From the NCBI GenBank assembly GCA_963712305.1, contig CAVQHI010000002.1, forward strand, positions 1,212,836 through 1,276,835: DNA of 64,000 nucleotides, given 5' to 3'. This DNA comes from an uncultured bacterium (GTDB lineage Bacteria > Bacteroidota > Rhodothermia > Balneolales > DATFMH01). This document shows, piece by piece, positions 8,197 to 18,279 of this stretch. Position numbers and translations under genes: made by a program. Position 1 is the first letter of the stretch; each line of letters starts with the position of its first letter. The notes beneath the pieces are model-generated. The model had not been told where the DNA came from and did not search any database. It saw only the letters and a program-made list of their open reading frames with translations.

Positions 8197-10506
8197 ATGC
8201 GACCAAATGATTATAAACGATTCGGAAAAGGTTCAATAGCCATTATAATTCTTTGTTTTATGGCAAGTAATGCATTAGCACAAAAGGCACCGCAATTGGG
8301 CAAAGCCCCTGTCAAAGATGTTGTTCAAGCTATGACTTTACAGGAAAAGGCGCAGTTGGTCGTTGGAATGGGCTGGAATCCGCCCAAAGTGCCCGGGGCA
8401 GCAGGACAGACGCATCCAATTCAACGCCTGGGAATACCCTCGTTGGTTCTTTCAGATGGCCCTGCAGGTGTGCGAATTCACCCAATTCGGAATCAAGATA
8501 GCAGTAAGACCTATTACGCCACGGCTTTTCCGGTAGCCCGGCTGCAGGCTTCTACGTGGGATCCATCCGTTGTGAAAGAGGTCGGAGAGGCTTACGGGGC
8601 AGAAGCCCACGAATACGGAGTGGATATTGCCCTGACTCCGGCCCTGAATATCCACCGGAACCCACTGAATGGTCGTAACTTTGAGTATTATTCAGAAGAT
8701 CCGTTGATAGCTGGCGATATGGCTGCCGCTTCGGTGGAGGGCATACAGTCTCAAGGTGTGGGGACCTCTATCAAGCATTTTGTGGCTAACAATCAGGAGG
8801 CTAACCGTCACAATGTTAATACGATTGTCAGTGAAAGGGCCCTGCGGGAAATTTATCTGAGAGGCTTTGAAATTGCAGTGAAGAAAGCCCATCCGTGGAC
8901 GGTTATGTCGTCCTATAATAAGGTAAACGGTACCTATACATCGCAACGTTATGATCTACTGACAACGGTGCTTCGTGATGAGTGGGGATTCAGGGGTTTT
9001 GTAATGACCGACTGGACCGGCGGGGATAATCCGGTCGCCCAAATGAAAGCGGGCAATGATTTGATTCAGCCGGGTACACAGAAGAAAATGGAAAGCATTA
9101 TTAACGCGGTCAAATCCGGAAAACTGGACGAAAAGATATTGGATCAGAATGTGGAACGCATCCTGAATATTATACTGAAGTCGCCGGTTTTCAAGGGATA
9201 TAACTACTCCAACAAACCGGATTTAAAGGCTGATGCCAAAGTTTCCAGGGATGCGGCCGCTCAGGGTATGATCTTGCTGAAAAATGATGATAAGACTTTG
9301 CCTGCCAATACAAAAGATAAGGTTGCCGCCTTTGGCAATACCTCCTATGACATCTACATAGGCGGCTGGGGAAGTGGTGAAGTAAATGAAGCCTACAAAG
9401 TACAACTCGACCAGGGATTGTCGGACGCCGGTTATAATCTGGATAAGAATTTGCAGGATAGTTATCACAAGTATATCGAGGGCGTGAAGGCAAAACGCGG
9501 TAACAAGAAAATGAATCATCGTCAGCGTCCGAAACCCGTTCCTGAGATGCCTGTAGATGATGCATTGGCCCAAAAGGAAGCAAGAGCTAATGATGTGGCT
9601 ATTATCACAATTGGGAAAAACGCCGGCGAAGGATCCGACCGTCCGGAAAGTGACTTTTATCTTACCGATAGTCGAAAAGCATTGATCAAGACGGTATCAA
9701 ATGCTTTCCATAAACAGGGTAAAAAGGTGATCCTGGTATTGAATATCGCCGGTGCGATGGACGTAGCGAGTTGGAGAGACGAGGTTGATGCTATTTTGCT
9801 GGCCTGGCTGCCGGGACAGGAAGCTGGTCACGCTATCACCGATATACTAAGCGGTAAGGTAAATCCATCCGGTCGACTGGCCACCACTTTTCCTGTTAAG
9901 TATTCGGATGTTCCGTCTTCAAAATCTTTTCCTGGTGCACCCGCAAAAGATCCTAAATATGTCGTCTATACAGAAGGCATTTATACTGGCTATCGTTACT
10001 ACGATACCTTCGGTGTGAAACCAGCCTATGAATTCGGATATGGCCTGTCTTACACAACCTTCTCGTTTGATAATACTAAGTTAAGCTCTACCGATTTTAA
10101 TGGTAAGCTTACGGTTACCACCCAGGTGACGAACAGTGGCGATGTTGCCGGAAAAGAAGTGGTTCAGCTATATCTAAGTGCGCCTTCCAAAACGCTGGAT
10201 AAACCGGTACAAGAATTAAAAGGGTTTGTCAAAACGAAGATGTTGAAACCAGGCGAAACACAAATCGTTACCTTCGAAATTATGCCGAAAGATTTGGCTT
10301 CATTCAATCCGAAGACAGTTTCCTGGGAAGCAGAAGCCGGAACGTATACTGTACGTATTGGGGCATCATCACGTGACATCCGGCAAACGGAATCGTTCAA
10401 GTTGGATAATGCAATTACGGTAGAGAAGGATCATGATGTTCTTCATCCGGGAATTGATGAATTGAAACCACAAAAGAGTGAATTCAGTTCTAAAGCACTT
10501 TACTAA
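8197..10506 (+). CDS. GH3 beta-glucosidase/exo-glycosidase (BglX-like)
   Basis: It has SDGPAGVR, NIHRNPLNGRNFEYYSEDP, KHFVANNQE, the nucleophile context GFVMTDW, and a C-terminal Fn3-like EVVQLYLSAP..ELKGF. A signal peptide is present. Confidence 0.9.
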   Translation: MRPNDYKRFGKGSIAIIILCFMASNALAQKAPQLGKAPVKDVVQAMTLQEKAQLVVGMGWNPPKVPGAAGQTHPIQRLGIPSLVLSDGPAGVRIHPIRNQDSSKTYYATAFPVARLQASTWDPSVVKEVGEAYGAEAHEYGVDIALTPALNIHRNPLNGRNFEYYSEDPLIAGDMAAASVEGIQSQGVGTSIKHFVANNQEANRHNVNTIVSERALREIYLRGFEIAVKKAHPWTVMSSYNKVNGTYTSQRYDLLTTVLRDEWGFRGFVMTDWTGGDNPVAQMKAGNDLIQPGTQKKMESIINAVKSGKLDEKILDQNVERILNIILKSPVFKGYNYSNKPDLKADAKVSRDAAAQGMILLKNDDKTLPANTKDKVAAFGNTSYDIYIGGWGSGEVNEAYKVQLDQGLSDAGYNLDKNLQDSYHKYIEGVKAKRGNKKMNHRQRPKPVPEMPVDDALAQKEARANDVAIITIGKNAGEGSDRPESDFYLTDSRKALIKTVSNAFHKQGKKVILVLNIAGAMDVASWRDEVDAILLAWLPGQEAGHAITDILSGKVNPSGRLATTFPVKYSDVPSSKSFPGAPAKDPKYVVYTEGIYTGYRYYDTFGVKPAYEFGYGLSYTTFSFDNTKLSSTDFNGKLTVTTQVTNSGDVAGKEVVQLYLSAPSKTLDKPVQELKGFVKTKMLKPGETQIVTFEIMPKDLASFNPKTVSWEAEAGTYTVRIGASSRDIRQTESFKLDNAITVEKDHDVLHPGIDELKPQKSEFSSKALY

Positions 10507-10540
10507 TAGTAGGTGGTATAACATGATATCTGGTAGTTGG

Positions 10541-10574
10541 TTCATGTATACCCCTTGGCGGGGGAATACATGAA
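10541..10574 (+). terminator. Hairpin downstream of the GH3 gene
   Basis: TTCATGTATACCCC-TTGGC-GGGGGAATACATGAA gives 9 + 4 bp of stem with a small bulge, 35 nt after the stop at 10506. No clear U-tract follows. Confidence 0.45.
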
Positions 10575-10704
10575 ATATTGCAACACGGAATTAGAGTAGA
10601 ATCTATCGTAAGACAAAGACTAATCTTTGAACGTCATCATGATGAAAAATAGATTTATAGGTATGATTGGCAACTCAAAATAACAACCCGATATAACATC
10701 AATT

Positions 10705-12843
10705 ATGACAAGGAATGTCTTCAGCAACTGGGGGCTTTTATTCTCGTTCTTATTTATAATGTTGGGTTGTTTTGCATGCTCGAACAAATCTGCGGATTCG
10801 GAAAACGAGATTAATGCCGAAGCGGCTAAAATTGCCCCATCATTTAAGTCGGGAAAATTTAAGGACGGCAACGGTAATGTTCTTCCCTATCGTTTTTTCG
10901 ACCCAACCGGTCAAGGCAAGCAGGCCAAATATCCTCTTGTCTTATACTTGCACGGAGAGAAGGGATTCGGAACGGACAATAAGGCGCAGTTAACTGCTAC
11001 CGAATGCGCAGCCATATGGGTGGAACCCGACCACCTGGCCAAAAACCCAACCTATGTGTTGGCCCCGCAGGCTCCGCCGGGAAGTGACTGGACCAAAGAT
11101 CCTGTGTACACCGACGTGCTTAGTTTACTACATCAGTTTGTTAAAAATCATCCCAGTGTAGACCCGAACCGTATTTATATCGTTGGGTTTTCAGCAGGTG
11201 CCACCGGGCTATGGAATATGGTTCTGAAGAATCCGGACATGTTTGCGGCGGCTATGCCCATCAGTGGGAATGCCAATAAGTTCCTGGGAGACACCAAGGC
11301 CTATGACGCCATCAAAAACCTGCCGGTATTGGTCATCCATTCGTATGATGACCCCATTAGTCCTATTAGCAATGCCGAAAATGTAATTGCTGCGTTACAG
11401 CTGGCGGGTAATCGGACGGTCAATTATGCTACAAGCCTCTGGGCCATGGGGAGTGTACACCCACCCCATGCGGCATGGAAGCCGGCCTTTCATCACTATG
11501 AGGTGATCAACAACTGGATGTTTCAGCAAAGTCTAACCCGAACAGAGCACGGCAAGGTGGATCCATCGACCCTGTATACCACCCATGACCTGGGGAACGG
11601 TGTAAAAGTAGTATGGGATCTTGCCCTGGATACCTCTTACATACTTGAAAGTCCTAAGAAAGCGGTGATCATAGATGCTACAATGGGTAATGGAAGCATT
11701 TATAAATTTATCAGGGATAGCGTCCTGGTAAACAAAAATGTTCCTATCGATGTACTGATTACCCACAAGCATTTTGACCACATTCTTGGTTTACGCAGTT
11801 TTATAGGTACTTCTCAGTTGAAAGCAGTCTATGTCAGCAAAGAGGATAGCGAACCTGTAAAAGGCATGATGGGGCCGGATGCGGGAAAAGTCAAATACCT
11901 AAAGGATGGGGATAAAATTCCATTCGACGGTAAGGAGATCAATGTGATTGGTGTTCCAGGCCATACCCTGGGTTCGCTTGTGTATTGGTATGGGAACGAT
12001 CTGTTTACCGGTGATGCAGTGGGATCCGGTGATTTATGGATGGGTTTTTCTCCGATGTCTATCCAAAGCTATATCCCCTCTGTTCAGCATCTGCTGGACA
12101 AGATAGGAGATCAGAAACACCGTGTATTGGGTGGACATATTGGGGAATACCGCTCTCCGATGACGGTGAACTATATCCATCAAATACTGGCTTGCGCCCA
12201 GGGTTTGGTGAATGGTTCCATTAAGTGGGGACCCTATCGCAGGACTATAGGAGGTCGAAGTTTCCTGGGCTATTCAGCCACCATCGGCAGGGCAACGATC
12301 GTGTATAACCTGAATAATGTTCATACCATTAAAGGAGCATTGAGCAACCTGACCATCAGTTCGGGCAATCTTACTCCACGTTTTGCCACTTACACGACCT
12401 ATTATTCCGCGACGGTTGCTCCCGATGTGGCAACGGTTCAGATCACCCCTACGGTCCTTACCAATCAGATCACACCGGCCACTCTTACCGACAGGTATAA
12501 GAGCCTGAGCATCAATGGGAATCCCATAGTTTCCGGGGCCTTTTATAAGGCGAGTCTGAAAAAGGGGGAAAATTTATTTTCCATAGTTGTGACAGCATCT
12601 GACGGAACGGTGAAAAAATATACACTAACCATAACCAAGGTGAAACCTCCCCAACCCGTTAATGGGAAATTCCTGTTACCTAATAGTTCTGACGGAAATA
12701 TTTCTACAAGTGTGCCCGGGCTTCACCATCCGGATCGTTCTTTACTTCACAGTGGTCATTTAATATCATCGTCTCCCCATTGCCAGGCGTGTAAGCAGGC
12801 CAATAAGGGAGTTCCTTGGTATTTGGATTGCCGCTCCTCATAA
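10705..12843 (+). CDS. Tri-domain lipoprotein: alpha/beta-hydrolase esterase + MBL-fold metallo-hydrolase + cadherin-like beta-sandwich
   Basis: The lipoprotein leader is LFIMLGCFAC. The esterase part (~nt 10855-11530) has YPLVLYLHG, RIYIVGFSAGATG (GxSxG) and VLVIHSYDDPISP. The MBL part (~11575-12220) has LITHKHFDHILG (HxHxDH), GVPGHTLGS and TGDAVGSGD. The cadherin-like part (~12340-12655) reads LSNLTISSGNLTPRF..YSATV..SLSINGNPI..FSIVVTASDGTVKKYTLTITK. The last ~60 codons have no recognisable domain and overlap the convergent gene. Confidence 0.7.
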   Translation: MTRNVFSNWGLLFSFLFIMLGCFACSNKSADSENEINAEAAKIAPSFKSGKFKDGNGNVLPYRFFDPTGQGKQAKYPLVLYLHGEKGFGTDNKAQLTATECAAIWVEPDHLAKNPTYVLAPQAPPGSDWTKDPVYTDVLSLLHQFVKNHPSVDPNRIYIVGFSAGATGLWNMVLKNPDMFAAAMPISGNANKFLGDTKAYDAIKNLPVLVIHSYDDPISPISNAENVIAALQLAGNRTVNYATSLWAMGSVHPPHAAWKPAFHHYEVINNWMFQQSLTRTEHGKVDPSTLYTTHDLGNGVKVVWDLALDTSYILESPKKAVIIDATMGNGSIYKFIRDSVLVNKNVPIDVLITHKHFDHILGLRSFIGTSQLKAVYVSKEDSEPVKGMMGPDAGKVKYLKDGDKIPFDGKEINVIGVPGHTLGSLVYWYGNDLFTGDAVGSGDLWMGFSPMSIQSYIPSVQHLLDKIGDQKHRVLGGHIGEYRSPMTVNYIHQILACAQGLVNGSIKWGPYRRTIGGRSFLGYSATIGRATIVYNLNNVHTIKGALSNLTISSGNLTPRFATYTTYYSATVAPDVATVQITPTVLTNQITPATLTDRYKSLSINGNPIVSGAFYKASLKKGENLFSIVVTASDGTVKKYTLTITKVKPPQPVNGKFLLPNSSDGNISTSVPGLHHPDRSLLHSGHLISSSPHCQACKQANKGVPWYLDCRSS

Positions 12844-14419
12844 ATTGTAACAATGCGGACGACATTTTTTCAGACAGGGCCCGAGGACGCTCGCCGCCTC
12901 CGGTGTGAGATAGCATGTGGTTTGTATTGTAAAACCAGAAACAGATATCAAGGGTATGAAAAGCTCCCAGGCGGCCATTAAACATTGGGGGTCTCCATCC
13001 GAACCAATCCACATAAACCGGTGCTTTTTGTTTGACCTTTGCATTGGCCGTTTTTATGACTCCCTGTCTCATAAACCCACTCTGAACGAGGACCATTACA
13101 TCATACGGTGTTTTAGCCTGGGGCAATGCCGTATCATTGGACTCGGCGAATGTCTTCGCATAGCTTTCATAAGCTGCAGCGGCTTTATCTCCAAGTCCTC
13201 CAAAGAACCCGGCTCGTTTCTGAAGACTCTTTATCACTTCGTCTTTAGTAATATTTTCAATTTTCGGATTCCCCAGGCTGGATGCGAATTCATCAAAAGT
13301 ACTGCTTATGATCAAGGGAACGTCGGATGAAAGGCCATTTGGATTATTGAAAAATTCTCCCTTCAAAATATTCCTACCATCGGCTATCGGCGAAAATCCA
13401 CCCCTGAAGCCATTGATACCCATTTTCTTAGCATAGGCATGCGAAGCTTTGTCGGCTAACTTCAGGTAATCCAGCCATGGCATTTCCTGAAGTTTATCGA
13501 TTTGACCGGGGTTTAAATTGGCTTCTTTTAAGATATATTGTCCGACACCCTGAGAGGCTTTCTGATCTTTGGCTTCTAATTCATTCCCACTCAAAGCAAC
13601 CGCTTTATGAAACAAGCCTTTCGCCTGGGGCATATTCATCAAAATACATACTTTGGCACCGCCACCCGATTGACCTATAATGGTTACGTTATCGGGATCG
13701 CCGCCGAAATTGGATATGTTTTCTTTAATCCACTGGAGAGCTGCAACCATATCCAGCGCCCCTACATTGCCGGAATCGGCATATTTACTGCCCCCCACAC
13801 CCGAAAGATCGGAAAAACCAATCGGACCTAATCGGTGATTGATTGATACGAAAACGATATCACCCTTACGACTTAAGTTTTCTCCCTTATAACCATCTTG
13901 CTCAATGCTATTCCCATTTGTAAAACCACCGCCATGCAGCCACACGATAACCGGGCGTTTTTTATTATCATTAATTTCAGGGGTCCACACATTCAGATTC
14001 AGACAATTTTCACTGAGATCATAATAGTTCCAGTGATCCCGATACGAATAATAGGGATTAGCATATCGCCCTTCCATAATTTGCGGAGCGTCGTCTCCCC
14101 ACCAGATAGCCGGAAAGACATGATTCCATGGTTTCGGTTTCTGAGGAGGCATAAATCGATTCTTTCCGCTGGTATCAGCCCCATATGGGATTCCGCGAAA
14201 AACATAAATATCCCGTAAAAGAAGTCCTTCTACTTTACCATACTGTGTGTCTGCAATGGCAGTTTTATCTCCCGCATATAGCTGTTGTTCATCGTTAAAG
14301 ACTGGATTTAACGAATTAAACAGTCTGTTTTCACCATTGGCGGACAAAAAAGGTGTTAAACTGAATCCGGCAAATCCAGTGGCTAATGTCTGAATAAATT
14401 GGCGTCTGTTCGTTTTCAT
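12704..14419 (-). CDS. Type-B carboxylesterase/lipase family protein with Tat signal
   Basis: The twin-arginine leader is MKTNRRQFIQTLATGFAGFSL. It has GIPYGA..RF, ENCLNLNVWTPEINDNKKRPV, LHGGGF, NHRLGPIGF, and the nucleophile GQSGGG. It is a paralog of 6440-8137. Confidence 0.85.
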   Translation of the reverse strand: MKTNRRQFIQTLATGFAGFSLTPFLSANGENRLFNSLNPVFNDEQQLYAGDKTAIADTQYGKVEGLLLRDIYVFRGIPYGADTSGKNRFMPPQKPKPWNHVFPAIWWGDDAPQIMEGRYANPYYSYRDHWNYYDLSENCLNLNVWTPEINDNKKRPVIVWLHGGGFTNGNSIEQDGYKGENLSRKGDIVFVSINHRLGPIGFSDLSGVGGSKYADSGNVGALDMVAALQWIKENISNFGGDPDNVTIIGQSGGGAKVCILMNMPQAKGLFHKAVALSGNELEAKDQKASQGVGQYILKEANLNPGQIDKLQEMPWLDYLKLADKASHAYAKKMGINGFRGGFSPIADGRNILKGEFFNNPNGLSSDVPLIISSTFDEFASSLGNPKIENITKDEVIKSLQKRAGFFGGLGDKAAAAYESYAKTFAESNDTALPQAKTPYDVMVLVQSGFMRQGVIKTANAKVKQKAPVYVDWFGWRPPMFNGRLGAFHTLDICFWFYNTNHMLSHTGGGERPRALSEKMSSALLQFMRSGNPNTKELPYWPAYTPGNGETMILNDHCEVKNDPDGEARAHL

Positions 14420-14992
14420 GGCAGGAATATTTAGTTATTAAGAATGGAATCTACGAAACGAAACATGAGGGGCAAATGCATTTTGATAATATCTATAAGT
14501 CATCCTTTTTTTGATAGATGCAACTCAATCGAAAATTTACTGTGAGTGAGGCTCTTTAAAATCTTAATAACTATTCACAAAACTAATTTATTAAACGTTA
14601 TTAAAATTCTGTCAATGTACCGGAAGTTTATCATAAATAAACGTTATGTCTGAATAAGACAAAAACGCTTAAACTCCTATCCACTAGTGTCGTCCCGAAA
14701 GCATTTTGTACCCAGGGATCTGTAGTTATGTCAATATATATAGCTTTTTAGACTCTCACTAAGAGCCTTCTATGGAGTCTTTTATAGAAAAGAGGTAATC
14801 GCATTTTAGTTTAACCAATAACTTTGAATATGCGTGTCACTCTTGTCAGCTCTAAAGGTATATTTAGATGTATTTTTAGTGAACAAATGTTCAATAAAGA
14901 AAAAAATTACAACTCTGTTGAGTAGAAGATTATGATTGTTGGCTCTTCTAATTGAACACAAACCAAGATCCAAACAAAACCGGGTTAATAAA

Positions 14993-17900
14993 ATGCGAAG
15001 TGTGATACGAAATATGTGCAAGATTACTCTGTTTTTGAGTAGTCTGCTTTTTGTAGTCTGTTTCCAATCATTAGCTATTGGACATGAAACTGCAGTACAT
15101 GTGTTTAAAAAAATGCATGCAGCTGCCCAGGATACTGTTCGAGGTGTTATAACTGACAAGACAACTGGTAAACCGTTGCCAGGTGCCAACGTGTTTGTAA
15201 AAGGGACCGAGAATGGAACCGCTACCAATCCCGATGGACGTTATAAACTTGCTGTGCCTTCTCTATCAGATACCCTGGAGTTCTCCTATATAGGATACCA
15301 ACAAACGGAAGTAGCCATTAATAACAGAACTACTATTAATGTATCACTGGTATCTGAGGCCGTTCAAGGTAATCAATTAGTTGTTGTCGGATATGGAGTA
15401 CAAAAAGAGCAAGATGTAACCGGATCCGTTGGCACAGTAAAGATGGAAGCTGTGGCCAACCAACCAATAGTTGGAGCCAATGAGGCCTTGGCCGGTCAGA
15501 TAGCCGGGGTAAAGGTTAGTACGACAAATGGTGTTCCAGGTGGTGGTCCTCAAGTCAACATCCGTGGTGTTGGTGCTATTGGCGCAGGTCAGACTCCGCT
15601 GTATGTTGTCGATGGTTATCCGCTGCCGGAATCAAGTTTTGATCAGGTTTCTAATCCACTGAATAATATACCTGCTACAGATATTGCTTCCATAAATGTT
15701 TTAAAGGGTCCATCGGCTACAGCTATATACGGTTCTCGGGCTTCTAATGGTGTTGTCATTATTACAACGAAACAAGGGAGTACAGGAAAACTTCAGTTCA
15801 ATTTTAATGCTTATACAGGCTGGGCGAGTGTACCCAACCAGGAAAAAACACCGCTGATGAATGCCCAACAGTTTGCAACGTTCCAAAAACAAAGGTTTGA
15901 AGATAATGGCGCTGCAGTTCCTGCTATATTCCAAAACCCATCGAAATATGGAAAGGGAACAGACTGGTTTGCCGCTATAACAAGAGTTGCACCTGTTCAG
16001 AATATTAATTTTAGTGCCTCCGGAGGTACAGACAAGGTTACGGCTTATTTCTCTGGTAGTGTGTTACGACAAGAAGGAGTTATCATACAATCCAACTACC
16101 ACAGGATAGCATTCAGAGCAAATGTTGCTGCTAACATTAGTCCAAAATTAAAGGTAGGGTTAAATTTTGCCCCTAATTATTCTTTCGGTGATAATAAATC
16201 CTCCGGCGCGGTTGGAAGAGGATATTTCGCCGGTGGCTTTAGTAGTGATCTTGGAGCACAACCAGGATATTCAGGTGAATGGTATTCGTTGAGTCCGATG
16301 TACCCTGTAAGACAGTCTGACGGCTCGTATACGCCTATGATTGGTAGCATTTCTAATGGTGTATTTCCACTTCCCAATCCTGTACTAGCGTTGAATGAAA
16401 TAACCTATCACAAGACTTCAACAGATGTCATTGGGACTGCTTATGCACAATTAGATTTGTTAAAAGAGTTGAGTTTTAAATCCACTCTTGATATGGAAAC
16501 GAATTCAACAAATCAAAAAAGTTTCATCCCATCAACGGTAGGGGCTCCCTTTTCGCCACCACCGCGAATACCAACCGGAAGTTATGGTACACATAAGTTT
16601 GTAAACTGGAATAATGATAACACGGTGACCTTTAATCACAGCTTCAGTGACGGACAGACCATTAACCTGATGGCCGACTTCTCTGCACAGCAACAGCAAG
16701 ATGATAACGGGTTATATAATGGATCTCAGTTTCCGGATAACTCCATCAAAACGTTAAACGCCGCTGCCGTTGTTACCGCTGATCCGACCTATACTTATGC
16801 TCAAAGCTGGACCCTTTTATCTTATTTGGGACGATTGAATTATTCATATAAAGATAGATATCTGCTTACTGCAGGAGTAAGAAGGGATGGTTCTTCCAGA
16901 TTTGGCCCAGCCACTCGATGGGGGACGTTCCCAAGTGCAGCCATTGCCTGGCGTGTTACCAATGAACCCTGGATGAGTAAATATTCATCGTGGCTAAGTA
17001 ACCTCAAAATCAGGGCCTCGTGGGGCATTACCGGTAATAATCAGATTGGTAATTATTCCTATGCAAGCCAGTTACTGCCAAATAATTATGTATTTAATAA
17101 TAATTTGGCTCAAGGTAAAACGGTTGAATCCATGAGTAATGTGAATCTGGCATGGGAGAAAACAAACGAGATTAACTTAGGTTTAAATGCCGGGTTTATG
17201 CACAACCGGATTACGGTGACTGCCGATGTTTACAGACAGAATACGAAAGACCTCTTATTAAACTTACAGGTCCCCGAGGCATCCGGTTTCACAAATTCTA
17301 TTAAGAATATCGGTGAAGTTCAGAACAAAGGTTTTGAATTAGAGGTGTCAACTCAAAATGTTGTTAAAGAAGGTTTTTCCTGGAGCAGCCATTTTACATT
17401 TTCGATGAATCGAAATAAAGTCTTGTCTCTGGGTCCTGATGGTGCACCTATTTTCGGTGGTAGAAGTGGGGAAAGTCATCCCACAAACATCACTCAAATT
17501 GGTCAACCTGTAGGTATGTTCTATGGATACCTATTTGACGGTCTTTATACGACATCGGACATCAACGCAATCAACCAGGGTGCCAGCAATGCTCCAGCTT
17601 ATCTGTCAGGCGTGCCACCGATTGCGGGCGATATGAAAGCGGCTGATATTAATGGTGACGGTGTCATTACACCAGTTACAGATTTTACTACTCTTGGTAG
17701 TCCGTATCCAAAATTTGAATATGGTATAACAAATACGTTGAACTATAAAGGCCTGAGCTTAAATTTCGTCTTTACAGGTTCATATGGCGCAAAGCGAATG
17801 AAAGCGAACTATGAAACCTTCCACAACATTGATGGTATCTTTAATCTCCCACTTGAATATGTCAACAACAGGTACAGGTCACCGTCACAACCTGGAGATG

Positions 17901-18235
17901 GAAGACATCCGACTACAGCAGGACCTTCTCAATATCGTGTAATGTATCGGGACGTCAGTTCTCTCAACGTATTTGATGCTTCCTATCTCTGGCTAAAAAA
18001 TGTTACGCTGGGTTATACACTGCCAAGCAGTATAACAAAAGGATATTTCCGGAGTGTGTTCCTGTATACAAGCATACAAAATGCGTTTATTATCACTCCT
18101 TATCCGAATGGAAACCCGGCAGTCACAGATTATACGAGTAGTCAGAGTTATGGTGGTTCGTTATCACCTGGTATCGATTTTACTCCTTATCCAACTCCAC
18201 GGGTAATAACCGTTGGTATTAAAATCAATTACTAA
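14993..18235 (+). CDS. SusC/RagA-family TonB-dependent outer-membrane transporter
   Basis: The ORF is tracked from 14936, but Met 14993 (MRSVIRNMCKITLFLSSLLFVVCF) gives a proper signal peptide. It has a CarboxypepD_reg-like VRGVITDKTTGKPLPGANVFVKGTENGTATNPDGRYKL, a plug region (NVLKGPSATAIYGSRASNGVVIITTK) and a C-terminal beta-barrel ending ..VGIKINY. There is no STN domain before the CarboxypepD_reg domain. Confidence 0.92.
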   Translation: MRSVIRNMCKITLFLSSLLFVVCFQSLAIGHETAVHVFKKMHAAAQDTVRGVITDKTTGKPLPGANVFVKGTENGTATNPDGRYKLAVPSLSDTLEFSYIGYQQTEVAINNRTTINVSLVSEAVQGNQLVVVGYGVQKEQDVTGSVGTVKMEAVANQPIVGANEALAGQIAGVKVSTTNGVPGGGPQVNIRGVGAIGAGQTPLYVVDGYPLPESSFDQVSNPLNNIPATDIASINVLKGPSATAIYGSRASNGVVIITTKQGSTGKLQFNFNAYTGWASVPNQEKTPLMNAQQFATFQKQRFEDNGAAVPAIFQNPSKYGKGTDWFAAITRVAPVQNINFSASGGTDKVTAYFSGSVLRQEGVIIQSNYHRIAFRANVAANISPKLKVGLNFAPNYSFGDNKSSGAVGRGYFAGGFSSDLGAQPGYSGEWYSLSPMYPVRQSDGSYTPMIGSISNGVFPLPNPVLALNEITYHKTSTDVIGTAYAQLDLLKELSFKSTLDMETNSTNQKSFIPSTVGAPFSPPPRIPTGSYGTHKFVNWNNDNTVTFNHSFSDGQTINLMADFSAQQQQDDNGLYNGSQFPDNSIKTLNAAAVVTADPTYTYAQSWTLLSYLGRLNYSYKDRYLLTAGVRRDGSSRFGPATRWGTFPSAAIAWRVTNEPWMSKYSSWLSNLKIRASWGITGNNQIGNYSYASQLLPNNYVFNNNLAQGKTVESMSNVNLAWEKTNEINLGLNAGFMHNRITVTADVYRQNTKDLLLNLQVPEASGFTNSIKNIGEVQNKGFELEVSTQNVVKEGFSWSSHFTFSMNRNKVLSLGPDGAPIFGGRSGESHPTNITQIGQPVGMFYGYLFDGLYTTSDINAINQGASNAPAYLSGVPPIAGDMKAADINGDGVITPVTDFTTLGSPYPKFEYGITNTLNYKGLSLNFVFTGSYGAKRMKANYETFHNIDGIFNLPLEYVNNRYRSPSQPGDGRHPTTAGPSQYRVMYRDVSSLNVFDASYLWLKNVTLGYTLPSSITKGYFRSVFLYTSIQNAFIITPYPNGNPAVTDYTSSQSYGGSLSPGIDFTPYPTPRVITVGIKINY

Positions 18236-18279
18236 GGAGGGGTGATATGAAATTTTCAATAATTAAACAAAGTAGTGTA

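Noticed and set aside
12433-12492. Imperfect tandem duplication QITPTVLTN / QITPATLTD in the cadherin-like domain of the fusion protein.
   Set aside because: It is short, in frame and diverged. It is consistent with ordinary beta-strand repeat variation and not obviously functional.
14420-14992. The 573-bp AT-rich divergent region between the carboxylesterase and susC. I looked for Bacteroidota -7 boxes (TAnnTTTG) and for repeated motifs such as TAAACGTTAT, which occurs twice at ~14594 and ~14637.
   Set aside because: No exact TAnnTTTG with suitable spacing could be assigned by eye, and the 10-mer repeat has no counterpart elsewhere in the window. The evidence is too weak to call a promoter or operator.
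17037-17048. Palindrome ATTACCGGTAAT within the SusC-like gene.
   Set aside because: It encodes the conserved barrel segment WGITGNNQ and lies far from any promoter. The half-sites differ from the GTTAC core. It is probably a coding coincidence.
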